DNA of 64,000 nt from Pecten maximus. Lineage: Eukaryota. The DNA lies in assembly GCF_902652985.1 (NCBI RefSeq), contig NC_047022.1, positions 5,022,001-5,086,000 on the forward strand, given 5' to 3'. Below are positions 1-12,097 of the stretch, piece by piece. Below the pieces are notes generated by a model. That model was not told the DNA's origin, did no database searches, and saw only the letters and a list, made by a program, of their open reading frames with translations. Position 1 is the first letter of the stretch. Every line of letters begins with the position of its first letter. A program made the translations under genes and the position numbers.

Positions 1-232
1 ACATCCATGCAATTCTTATATTGATATAAGATATATGTACATTTATCATAAATATTTTCGATCATAAACTTATCAAGGTATCGTTATTGTAATCAGAGGT
101 AATTGTTAAAGGAAATCTCTGCTTCTATCCATCTATCAAATAAATGAGAATGTTGTCCATTGCATATAAAGGGATTATTCTTAACTTGAATGTGTTTTAT
201 CATATATAAATGAACGTTGTCTACACTTTCAG

Positions 233-423
233 GTAAACCGGTTTATTTTCTCGACACTTCCTGTCAAAAGATGCCAACGATAAAACAATGTGACGACCAA
301 TCTCTGACAGAGATCGTAAACGAGTTGAAAAAACTGATGTCCGGAACCGGAAGTAGGTGCAATTTTAGGAGGAAATGGATCGGTGGAGGATGGTATTGGT
401 CTGTGTGGTTCCCAACATACTGA
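233..423 (+). CDS. Possible terminal coding exon of a gene starting upstream of the window (product unknown)
   Basis: Pyrimidine-rich acceptor (ctacactttcAG at 231-232) precedes a GC-richer open frame GKPVYFLDTSCQKMPTIKQCDD...WIGGGWYWSVWFPTY* with Cys/Trp content. No recognisable domain. Confidence 0.35.
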
Positions 424-509
424 TCGGATCCGGCAAAATAACAAAGAACTGCATTTCAACTTTGACACAAATTAATCCGGTAACGACGACAAGAATTTCA
501 CTGTGATTA

Positions 510-975
510 AAACAATGATTACACTCTAACTTTGACGGTAACACCTATAACGCTACAACAGTGAATTCACTCTTACTTTGACAGCAACACCTATAACGCT
601 ACAACAATGATTACACTCTCACTTTGACAGTAACACCTATAACACTACAACAATGATAACACTCTAACTTTGACAGTAACACCTATAACGCTACAACAAT
701 GAATACACTCTAACTTTGACAGCAACACCTACAACACTACAACAATGATTACACTCTTACTTTGACAGTAACACCTATAACGCTACATCAATGAATACAC
801 TCTAACTTTGACAGCAACACCGATAACACTACAACAATGATTGCACTGTTACTTTGACAGTGACACCTATAACGCTACAACAATGATTACAGTCTAACTT
901 TGACAGTGACACCTATAACGCTACACTAATGATTAACTCTTACTTTAACAGCAACACCTATAAAGCTACAATAAT
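510..975. repeat. 46-bp minisatellite, ~10 copies
   Basis: Unit acaacaatgattacactctaactttgacagtaacacctataacgct. Starts at 601 and 647 give period 46. No unique spacers. Confidence 0.95.
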
Positions 976-1414
976 GATTGGATTATAATGTGTCAACAAC
1001 AATGATTACTTCCAAACAGCGACAGAAATTGCATTACAATGCAAAAATGCCAGTTGATGCTGTAACATAAAAACAACATTTAAAGTGCATCCGGCGAGGA
1101 ATAAATTCAAACAAAAATTAGGATTGCACCAGTGGTGGCTACAATTACTACACCGTTACAGTGACTATTGCTTTTGGCATGATTCAAATTAAACAACGAC
1201 AAAAACTACACCGTGAGAGGGATTACACTTCAAAATCGACAAAGTTTGCACCGCGACAAGGATTGTACTAGGGACAACGACTGGGATCACACTGAGATAG
1301 CGAAAAGGATTACACTGAAATATTGACAATAATTATAGTGCCAATCAGGAAAAAATATAATATGACAGCGACAAGGATAACACTATTAAATTGTGACTGA
1401 CAGAATAAACAAAA

Positions 1415-1731
1415 CAGTTACCGAGTAACAAGGATTAAAGTGTTACACAGTAACAAGGACTTAAATGTTTCACGGTAACAAGGATGAAAATGTTACACAG
1501 CAACAAGGATTAAAAGTAACACGGTAACAAGGATTAAAATGTTACACGGTAACAAGGATTAAAAGTTACACGGTAACAAGGATTTAAATGTTACACGGGA
1601 AAAGAACTGAAATGTTACAGAGTAACAAGGAATAAAATGTTACAGAGTAACAAGGATTAAAATGTTACACGGTAACAAGGAATAAAATGTTTCACAGTAA
1701 CAAGGAATAAAATGTGATACGTTAACAAGGA
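1415..1731. repeat. ~25-bp minisatellite, ~12 copies
   Basis: Unit aacaaggattaaaatgttacacggt repeated with minor variation. Confidence 0.95.
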
Positions 1732-1896
1732 AAGCATATATCGGTGATTCTCTCTAAATAGTGCGGTGATAATTCATGTACATGCTACTGTTTTCTAGAT
1801 CAATGATAAATCATGTAAACCATCATATCGCGGATATCTATGTACATATTGCGTTCTTTGCAATTGATCCGCATTTTTGTATTAGTGCTTATGATA

Positions 1897-2881
1897 CCAG
1901 GGTTGATTATTATGTTGTGAGCCTCGTATTGAAGGAGGTACTCAAGGATGTTCCTATATTCTGACTATATAGGGACCACAGAACCAAATCAAAAATAGAT
2001 TGTGGATTTTCCCCGTTTGGGCAGAAGATTTAATAGGAAGGTGAATGTGTCGGGGCCTAATGATTGGATATCCAGGTGAGATAAATTTCCAAAATTGTAT
2101 GTGTGGACTGGGCAATACATGTAGATGTAAAATATATAAAAACAAATTTTGTTGCAGTCTGTTTTTGTGTTGGGGAGTTCATAAAGTGTGTAATTTGTTA
2201 TAAATTTAGGTGAACTTTTGGTGCTGATTTCAATACAAGATGGTGGCCCCCATATAAAAAAAGTTCAAATTGGTACAATTTTTTAATATTTAATTTAAAG
2301 GTGTGTGAGATGTCATCCTTTAAAATTATGGTTACTGGACCAGAGTTGAAAACTCCATTTAAGCAGGACAGTGGTAAACGTTAAAACTATCGTCTATGGG
2401 AAATCATTTGGTTCCGCGGTCCCTATAGGGCAGTGTACTAGTCTCATTTGGTTAACTTATATCGACGGGGTAGCACTTTAAAGTAAACAAGACAGGCGGC
2501 TTTTGCAAAATGGACAAAACAGGTTAGGGTAAGGATAGGGTGAAAAAGACTGTCATTGCCATATCTGCCATTCACGGGTGTGGCTTTAAATTGAATGAGC
2601 ATTCGCCTTTTTCATCCGATCTCGCTCTATCAGATATTCCTTTATTTCCAAATCCAAAATCAGCTATTTCAGGCACCCTTACCCTATCATGCAGTAGATG
2701 ACTTTATGAACAGCCAAGAAAAGTAGTTCTATAAAAGTGGCATTGAGGCCCTTAAACACCGCTTGCAAAAGTGTATAGATACTGAAGGGGATTATGTCGA
2801 AAATAATTGAATAAGACCGACAAAATTCATCTCCTTCAATATATGAGGCCCATAACATATGAACATATAAATCAACCCTCG
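1897..2881 (+). mobile_element. Non-autonomous mariner-derived element (internally deleted)
   Basis: TA-flanked TIRs (TA|ccagggttgattat...ataaatcaaccctcg|TA). Retains mariner transposase C-terminus AVDDFMNSQEK*FYKSGIEALKHRLQKCIDTEGDYVEK* at ~2691-2807. Confidence 0.85.
1972..2423. mobile_element. 452-bp MITE nested in the mariner relic; GGG...CCC termini, TATA target-site duplication
   Basis: TIRs gggaccacagaaccaaat / atttggttccgcggtccc, with TATA at 1968-1971 and 2424-2427. The sister mariner copy at ~11204-11222 shows the empty site ctgactatatagggccg. Confidence 0.85.
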
Positions 2882-5800
2882 TATACTAGTTTCTACTCCT
2901 TATCGTGTTAGCATATATGTATATATGTTCAATTTGTACCATTGATTTTAAAGTTTAAAGTCCATCTTGTATGTGTTATTCATATGACCCGACCTTATTG
3001 GTTATATTTTTATCGTAATGCAATTAGTACTGTATCATATTCATGTTGTCAATATAATAAGTATATATGTTGACATCTTGAAGAATTTAATCCTAAAAAA
3101 GAAAAGAAATAAAGAAAAGACACAGATCTACAAACCGCAGACTTACATTTTTCGTTAGGGACTTGGATCAGTATTTAGTATTTAGTTTCACAGTATTTAG
3201 TTTTGTTAATCCTCTATGTAAATTATTGTACGTCCTATATGTGAATGAGCCATTGAAAATATATCATACACGTAAGCGTAAATTGGTTGCCTGCGAAGAA
3301 TAGCAGACTGTCGATCACAGTCACGCATCAAACGCCAAGTATTGCTCATACGTACCGACTGCTGCCGCGAAGGCAAAGGAAAGAAGGAAGTGAAATTGCA
3401 ATATCACCCCCGACTCCCAAAGTCAATGAGAGTCTGTTAGACAAAACCAACACAATCGTTAAATACGAAAAGCCACCATGTATTGACAGGGAGAACTTTT
3501 TTGTATTTGAAAATCTCACACGTTCTTTTATGTTTTCCTTTAGGATGTAACTTTGGCCCGCGCAAAATTGTTAGCCTGATGAATTTACTATGTATTACCC
3601 GAAACATCGAGAGTCTTATTTATACAAATGTACTTGAAGATATCAGTGTACATTAGAAATGTCCTATTCTGAAAAATAAGGCAAACGTTTTAGACATGTA
3701 AGCATAGCCATTCAACCCTAAACATTACCTTTAATAAAGTATATATATTTGCAATCTATACAAAATTCGCAGTTTTGATAAGCTGTGATGGCTTAGTTAA
3801 CTCAATTTGAATGGGTTTTATTCCAGGCCAGTGAATACCTCGGTCACCATTTGAAAAAAATACCCTTAAAAATGCTAAATATCATGATATTTGACCCAAA
3901 ATGACACAATTCCCTACAAATATTTTTAGTGAAACATATTTGAAATTATATAACTCGTTTATGTTCACCATTAGGTTTTTCCCGCCATCTTACCTTGTTG
4001 TGACGTACCTCTTTCGCTGTAGACAAAACTTAATTTCCTGCGTAAACACACTTTCAGAAAATCCGAAAAATTAAAATCCGGAACCAATTGATTTATTTGA
4101 GTTTTAACAATTATAAAGCCTGTATATACTACTTTATAATGAATATACCAATATTGTGAAAATGTATTTGTGTCACGTTTATGCAAATCATCATACAGGA
4201 TTTATTTAATAAAAAAGATGTGGTGTGCTATCTTATTTTATTGGAGACAAATAGCACATAACTTCCCTTTTTCATATAAATGTGCCCATTTTACGTTGTT
4301 GCGTTTGTATCGCTATATATATCTGATGCATATGAGACTGGTAAGAACTGACAGTTTAGAGAAACCCACTCTGTAGCAATCAAATATACATTTACATCCT
4401 ATAATAGCGGCCTCAAATTTATTCTGAACAATGTTTTGTTGTCAAAAATGGACAATGACTACGTTATTTACTACACATTTTGTTGATTAGTTTGGGTGCC
4501 AGTCCAATGCATATTGAACCATTTGAGTAACTATGATAAAGACATTTCACCATTTTATTACCAACGAAAGGTATCTGATGAGGTGTCGCGGTAATGTTAC
4601 ATTATTCATGTATTTGCCTAATGCGCCATATGTATGTATGGAAGACTGTATCACTGTATCTAAATGTATTTTGATCGTAACCAGCGACTAAAAGTGACTC
4701 TTAATTTTAGCCGTGATGCGATTTCAGTCATTCGTCTTACGTCCGGCCTTCATTTTTTCTCTTTACACAAGTTCTCGTTAACCAAGAGGACCAAACTCCT
4801 CCTATTGGTCGTAAAACAACTCGACGTCAGAGGGGTCAAATATGGTTAACTCTTTAATAGACGTCTTCTTACTGACCAAGCATACAACATCTGAGGCCTG
4901 TACCATATTCCGGTTAAGGGCTACTAAGCTTATTTAAATACATAACATTGACCTATATTCAAAGTCACAAATGTCAGATCTGCGATTTCTTCTCAAACAT
5001 CAAGAGACGCTAATAATCAACATTAAGCATTAATGAACAAGGGTGGCTGCATTGTTTGTGCAAATGAATGACAATGACCTACAAAAGGTTTAAGGTAATG
5101 ATCTTGGTAAAATGACTTTTTGTCTAATGAAAATAGTCATAATGCTTGGATTAGGGTGTACCAAGTTTGTCCAAATGAACAACCTTGACTTGATATCAAG
5201 GTAACATGTGTCGCATGTGTTCGGTAATTTTTGCCTGAGTAAACAAGAGTGCAAGAATAATGATATAGGTCAAGGTCGTGTTGAAATAAAGAGCGACAAA
5301 ATCTACTCCAATATTGAAAATAAATTCAGCTTAGCATCCGCGTACATGACGTGTATATCAGTAGCAGGTGAGTGATACAGGCGCATTGTGCCTCTTGTTT
5401 TATAAGTCTATAACACTTTTAGTATTACTCATAGATAGAAAAAAAAGATAGCCCAGTTTTAATTGCGAAAAGCGAAAATTGTGCTTGTCTGGATAAACAT
5501 TGTACGGTATCATCGGTTGTCTATCATACAAATGTCCGCCAGCATAGTGTGAAAAAAATGAAATGAACAACATTTAAATCACAATGATAACTTTAATGAA
5601 TTAATTATATATGCACAGAATACAGAAGCTACGCTTGGGTAATTTACATTGATCATGAAACACCAAAATAAACTCATGTATAGACATTCTCGAAGTCTTC
5701 CATGCATACATATGGTGCATTAGGCAAATACATGAAATTATAATGTAACATTACCGCGACACCTCATCAGATACCTTTCATTGGTAATAAAATGGTGGCA

Positions 5801-7705
5801 TTTCTTAATCATAGTTATTCAAATGGTTCCATGTGCATTTGACTGACACCCACACGAACGTCATGGTCCATTTTTGACAACAAAACATTGCTCAGAATAA
5901 ATGTGAGGCCGCTATTATACCACAATCGATGTAAATGTATATCTAATTGCTACGGAGTAGGTTTCTCTCAGCAGCCAGTTCTTACCAGTCTAATACGCAT
6001 CTGATATATATAGTGTTCAAACGCAACAACGTAAAATGGGCACATTTATATGAAAAAGGAAAGTTATGTGCTATTTGTCTCCAATAAAATAAGATAGCAC
6101 ACCACATTTTTCAGTAAATAAATCCTGTATGATGATATGCATAAAAATTACACAAATAAATGTTCACAATATTGGTATATTCATTATAAAGTAGTATATA
6201 CAGGCTTTATATTTGTTAAAACTCAAATAGATCAATTGGTTCCGGATTTTAATTTTCCGGATTTTCTGAAAGTGTGTTTACGCAGGAAATTAAGTTTTGT
6301 CTACAGCGAAAGAGGTATGTCACAACAAGGTAAGATGGCGGGAAAAACCTAATGGTGAACATATACGAGTTATATAATTTCAAATATGTTTCACTGAAAT
6401 TATTTGGTAAGGAATTGTGTTATTTTAGGTCAAATATCATGATATTTAGAATTTCTTAAGGGTTTTTTAAATGGTTACCGAGGTATTCACTGGCCTGGAA
6501 AAAAACCCATCAAAATAAAGTTAACTTAGCCATCACAGCTTATCTAAATTGCAAATTTTGTATAGATTACAAATACATGTATATATACTTTATTATAGGT
6601 AATGTTTAGGGTTGAATGGCTATGCTTACATGTCTAAAACATTTGCCTTATTTTTCAGAATAGGACATTTCTAATGTACACTGATATCTTCAAGTACATT
6701 TGTAGAAATAAGCCTCTCGATTATTCGGGTAATACATATTAAGTTCACCAGGTTACATATAAAAATAGAACGTGAAACAACGCGGACTAAAGTTACATTC
6801 TTAAGGGGGGGAAAAGAACGGGTTTGATTTCCAAATGCAAAACAAGAAGTTCTCCCTGTCAATACATGGTGGCTTTTCGTGTGTAACGCTTGTGTTGGTT
6901 TTGTTTAATAGACTCTCATTGACTTTGGGAGTCGGGGATGATATTGCGATTTAACTCAATTCTTTCCTTTGCCTTCGCGGCAGCAGTCGGTACGTATTAT
7001 CTATACTTGGCGTCCGATGCGTGACTGTGATCGACAGTTCGCCATTCTTCACAATTTACGCTTACGTGTATGATTTATTTTCCATGGCTCATTTACATAT
7101 AGGGTTTACAAACTAAATGAGCCAATCAGTTGTTGTTGCTTTTGTTTGTTTTTTGTTTTGTTTTTTATTGTTTTGTTTTTTTGTTATTGTTTTTCTTAAT
7201 GATTTTTCAACTGATCGAAGTCCCTAACGAAAAATGTAATTCTGAGGCTTGTAGATATGTTTCTTTTCTTTTTTTCTTTTCTTTTTTTTAGGATTGAACT
7301 TTTTTAAGATGTCAACATGTATATTTATTAAAATGACAACAAAATTATGTTACAGTACTAATTGCATTACGATAAAAATATAAGGAATAAGTTAGGGTCG
7401 CATATGAATAACACATACAAAATGGACTTTAAACTGAAATCAATGGTACAAATTGAACATGTATACATATATACTAACACGATAAGGAGTAGAAACTGGT
7501 ATACGAGGGTTGATTTATATGTTATGAGCCTCATATTGAAGGAGTTGAATTTTGCCGGACATTTTGTATTATTTTCGACATAATGCCCTTTAGTATTTAT
7601 ACACTTTAGCAAGCGGTGCGAGATCGGTTGAAAACGGCGGACGCTCATTCAATTTAAAGCCACAATCGTGAATAAAAGATATGGCAATGACACACTTTTT
7701 CATCC
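2538..7705. repeat. Large inverted duplication: arms ~2538-4647 and ~5694-7705, ~1.05-kb spacer
   Basis: Arms are reverse complements along their length (e.g. 2884-3250 vs 7080-7500). ORF-track peptides 3971-4186(-) and 6137-6352(+) are near identical. About 85-90% identity by eye. Confidence 0.95.
4705..5399 (+). mobile_element. Degenerate HINE/pearl-like (non-autonomous Helentron-type) element in the palindrome spacer
   Basis: Starts ttttagc and ends caggtgagtgatacaggcgcattgtgcctcttgtt (sub-terminal repeat, hairpin, cttgtt), with degenerate internal repeats. Confidence 0.6.
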
Positions 7706-7729
7706 GGTTGGAGGCGCATTCCTATCGAA

Positions 7730-8535
7730 AAAGCATAGCGTGGAATTTGATATATGATTTATTCAGTGTTTGATTATCTCGGTAATCATTTAGTGTTACA
7801 TTCATCCATTTCTCATTGAATACGACTTTCCTCCGATATTAAGAGCAAATCTTATGGCGAAATTTAAATATACTATTTTACTATGTCTGCAAACGAAATA
7901 CTCTTTGAAACATTAGCTATTTAACAACAAATATTTGGTATTCTCGGTAGAGTTCAGTATATTTGTATCACATTTAGGCTAGATAAAAGAGCATGAACAT
8001 TTCTTTTGTCATGAGCAAGGCCCTGACAGTTGCTGGCGTCAACACAACATATAGTACATGTTTGTGGTTTGAAGGTGAAAACAGGAGCAATGCTAAGCTT
8101 CCAAAGACGGGCCACCAGACCCTAAGTTTTGCCGTTAAGAATTGCCAAGCTATATTCTAATACTAGATTATCTGCCACTAGTTTGAAACTTAGGTATATA
8201 ATCAGACATATCCTAGGGACCAAAATAATAAAGCTCAATTTTAAATTGTATTTGTAATTTTAATATTCCAAGTCTAAGCTGCCCTTATTCCCTGTAATTT
8301 GTTTTGTGTTTTGTTTTGTTTTTGGCTTTGACTTCGGGTTCAAATAATCATGACCATCTGAAAAATGTTTTGACTGTTAGGTTAAGGAAATTGTTATTCA
8401 ACTGACTGAATTACTTTTATTGCAGCCCTAAACCTCTTTTCCAGAGATCATTTTAACTCTTACCCAGTTGATTAAAAAATTATCTTTAATGATTTTGACT
8501 TCGGCCTCAACATACCATGACCATACGTTGAACCT
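7730..8535 (+). repeat. Dispersed ~800-bp repeat, copy 1 (copy 2 at ~41125-41895)
   Basis: Collinear direct match, e.g. agaattgccaagctatattctaatactagattatctgccacta in both copies. Confidence 0.9.
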
Positions 8536-9159
8536 CCATTGTTCATATTCCTGCATTACTTCCCGAGAAATATGGTTAACAAAAATGTTTATGGACGGAC
8601 GCACTCACACATGAACGCACAGAGATTAACATATGCCAACTTTTTCTACGTGGGTGAGGGATGAAAAAGCAGTTTCATATTGAATAAGCTGTAGGTTGAT
8701 GACGTAGATGGTTATTAAGAGTGGATGTATGACATCACTTCGCTGTTTAATTTCTTGTATTTGATTATATATTTGTAACAAAATGACTTATTTATAAACA
8801 CAGTAAATCGTTGAATGAATTCATCTCGAATATTTGAATCATGATTTATATTTCAAATTTAAAGAAATTTTCCAAAACAATATGGTAATAATAATAATAC
8901 CTTTCATCTACATGGAACATAAGTAAGCCGATGTGGGGTTTAAAAAATGCCAGTACATAGATATAAAATAAAACCAAACAAAATGGAATTGCAGCGGTGG
9001 ATATCGAACCGTTGACAGAACCAGCAGCGTAATAGAAAGTCGGGTCGCTCAATTAGCTTACATGTAGGGGTATCTGCTTTTCAGTCTCGCAATACAGTAT
9101 TTGTAACAGCCTTTCTGTCAATGTATATATTGATTGACAATTATGTAGGCACTGCCGTT

Positions 9160-9840
9160 AATGTAAAATGTAACGGTATATTAATGAGACGATCACCAAT
9201 AACAAGCGTTATATAAGATATGTGTTATGCATGTACAATCGACCATTTATGTGCAATATTACGGTAAATTGACGAGAAATCACTAATAACAGACGTTTTA
9301 TCATCTACGTGTCGAGTAAATACACACTGCCGTTTGTTATATCACGGTAAATTAACGAGACCATCGTTAAGGACAGACATTATATTAAAATATGTGTCGA
9401 GTATATCGTCACTGACGTTTATGTATGATATTACGGTAAATTGTCCAGGAATTCCGTAGAAACAGTTTATATGTTATATTACGGTAAATTGTCGAAAAGA
9501 TCTGTATCAACAGTTGTGTTTCTGTGTTATATTACGGTAAATTGTCGAGAAGATCAGTATAAACAGTGATGTGTATGTGTTATATTACGGTAAATTGTCG
9601 AGAAGATCTGTATCAACAGTGGTGTTTATGTGTTATATTACGGTAAATTGTCAGGAAAATCAGTATAAACAGTGATGTTTATGTGTTATATTATGGTAAA
9701 TTGTGAAGAAATCAGTATCAACAGTGGCGATTATCTGTTATATTAGCGGGTAATTTGTCGAGAAGATCAGTATCAACAGTGATGGTTATGTGTGTTATAT
9801 TGCGGTAATTTGTCGATAAGATCAATATAAATAATGATGT
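9160..9840. repeat. 53-bp minisatellite, degenerate toward the 5' end
   Basis: Unit tattacggtaaattgtcgagaagatcagtataaacagtgatgtttatgtgtta. acggtaa at 9481 and 9534. Confidence 0.9.
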
Positions 9841-11137
9841 ATATATAGCTATCATCTATTATCCCAAACAGATGAAAATAATATATAATGATGAACAAAC
9901 ATGGCCTTCTGTTAACATTGATATATCTTTTTATCAAATCTTCTCTATTAAATTTGTTATTGCGCTTTTGCGAATTTAGTTAAGGGATTAAAGCTATAAA
10001 ATGTAAAACCATATAAAACACACCAAGGCATATTTTAACTAAGGACTCAGAGGGCTATATATGGTTATCATCTGGTGATCTCAATGGTTTTAAAACTAAA
10101 AAGGTGTGAGGAAATACCCCAGGATATATGTTAAGATATAATTGTGTCTTTTTCTTAATGCCAAACAATGCTATATATAGTTATGAGGCGAGGATCTCAA
10201 CGGTTAAAAAGATATAGCCTAGAAAGTAAGTCCCTGAAGAATTTGTTATGTTTCCGTTATCAGGCTCTGTCCCTCATGCCTCTTCAGAGTCAAACTCAAC
10301 ATTTATACAAAACTGATGTTCTTATACACATTGATGCTTCAAACCAAAAATGGAAAAAAATCTTACAAAGGAAGATGAATTTTAAAGATTTTTTTCTATA
10401 TATTCACTATAAACCTTTGCCCCTCAGGCCTCTAGGGCATCAGCCCTTTTATTTGCTCAATTTTGAATTTCCTCCATGTAAGAATGTTTGTTGTATATAC
10501 GACTGATATATACATGTATCTCAAAGTATCAGAGAAGAAGTCGTTTAAAGCAATATGGCCAAATTACCCATTTTTCGCCCCGCCACTTGGTGCACCGGGG
10601 AGCAGCTTATTTGTACATTTTTTAGTCCCCCATCCCTTAAGAACGCATAAGACTAAATATGATTGATCTTAGTAGCCGTGAATATGTCGCTTTAAGCCGT
10701 ATGGCCAAATAGTGTAAGGGTTATTATTCTAACTGAAATAACCAAAATGAATAGATATATATATTCAAGTCAGAATAGTAATTGATTTTTTATAAAGAAT
10801 ACTTTAACATTGTGTAGAGCAATACTTGTAGACTCTAATTTTTACTACACATGTAAGTCTCCTTTCACATGTATATTTTATCATAGTTACAATGATTGTT
10901 CGGATTGTCGAGTGAATTTATTAGCATTTTGAAATATCCACGAATTACTCTTGGCCCATTGTTGTGGTAGGTTCATGTAAATGTACTTTAAGTGAAAAAT
11001 GTATTTTTTATTATTGATATGATATTTCAATACAATTGATTATAGATGTAATTACCGAATTGATAAAAGAGATGAATTATCTGTGAAACTCATTTAAATA
11101 TTTTATCTATCCGAAATAGTATAACATGTATAACATA

Positions 11138-11655
11138 CGAGGGCTGATTGATAAGTTGTGAGTCTCGTACTGAAGGAGATACTCAATGATGTTCTTCTAT
11201 TCTCTGACTATATAGGGCCGTGTACCAAGAGAATGGTCTCATTTGGTTAGTCTATATCGACGAGGTAGCACTCTAAAGTAAACAAGACAAGCGGCTTTTG
11301 AAAAATGTACAAAATCGGTTAGGGTTGGGGTGAAAGAGTCTGTAATTGCCATGTCTTCCATTCACGATTGTGGCTTTAAATTAATTTTAAGCATCCGTTT
11401 TTTGTTGTTTTGTTTTTTTTGTAACTGATCTCGCTACATCAGACTTTCATCTATTTCCAAAACTGAAAACTAATTTTAGGCACGCTAATCCTAACCCTCA
11501 CCATAAACCTAATCCTAACATGCAGTGGATGACTCGCTGAACAGCCAAGAAAAGGAGTTCAATAAAAGTGGCATTGAGGCCCTTAAACACCGCTGGCAAT
11601 AGTGTATAGATACTGAAGGGGATTATGTTGAAAAGTAATACAATATGTCCGGCAA
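11138..11655 (+). mobile_element. Second copy of the mariner-derived element, 3'-truncated
   Basis: TA|cgagggctgattgataagttgtgagtctc TIR. Same internal sequence as 1897-2881 and the same transposase C-terminal remnant (GIEALKHRWQ*CIDTEGDYVEK). Confidence 0.85.
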
Positions 11656-12053
11656 GTGATGGAAAACGTAGTTGTTTGTTTGTTTGTTTGTTTGTTTTTT
11701 CGATAAATAACCATTTTGTATAACTTTTACCATAGCGATGTCGACAGCGGTCGCCTCTCCACATTACATAAGCTGTTGCAGCAAATTAGTGATGCTGGCT
11801 ACACCGGCAATATACGTTGTGATTGGTGCAGACAAATCTGTGATGACGTTAATCGCTACAGTACGGACACAACCCTACACCGATATCAATGCATTTACAC
11901 TGTGGGCCTCTCGCCACATACTTAACAACAAGTTAGGCAGACAGGCCTGTTATCTCTTTGGAAAGGAAATAAGTATCATATCATTGTTGGATCACTTATT
12001 TGTCATCTACAAGACGCAGTCTGCTATACGGCATCCATTAGCTTGAAAGTCCA

Positions 12054-12060
12054 TATATAA
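12054..12060 (+). promoter_or_regulatory. Candidate TATA box of the lectin gene
   Basis: TATATAA ~40 bp upstream of ATG 12098. Weak evidence in AT-rich DNA. Confidence 0.3.
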
Positions 12061-12097
12061 GGAACATTTAAAGGGTGTAGGTCTCCATTTATTTGGG

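Noticed and set aside
510-975. CRISPR-like appearance of regular repeats (also 1415-1731, 9160-9840, 22450-23435)
   Set aside because: Units are head-to-tail with no unique spacers, there are no cas genes, and the context is eukaryotic.
3971-6352. Duplicated 71-aa gene pair
   Set aside because: Similarity follows from the inverted duplication. One copy lacks an ATG start, and there is no domain or splice support.
8985-9077. tRNA-like sequence on the minus strand (ggttcgatatcc B box)
   Set aside because: Stems do not pair convincingly. At most a decayed tRNA/SINE head.
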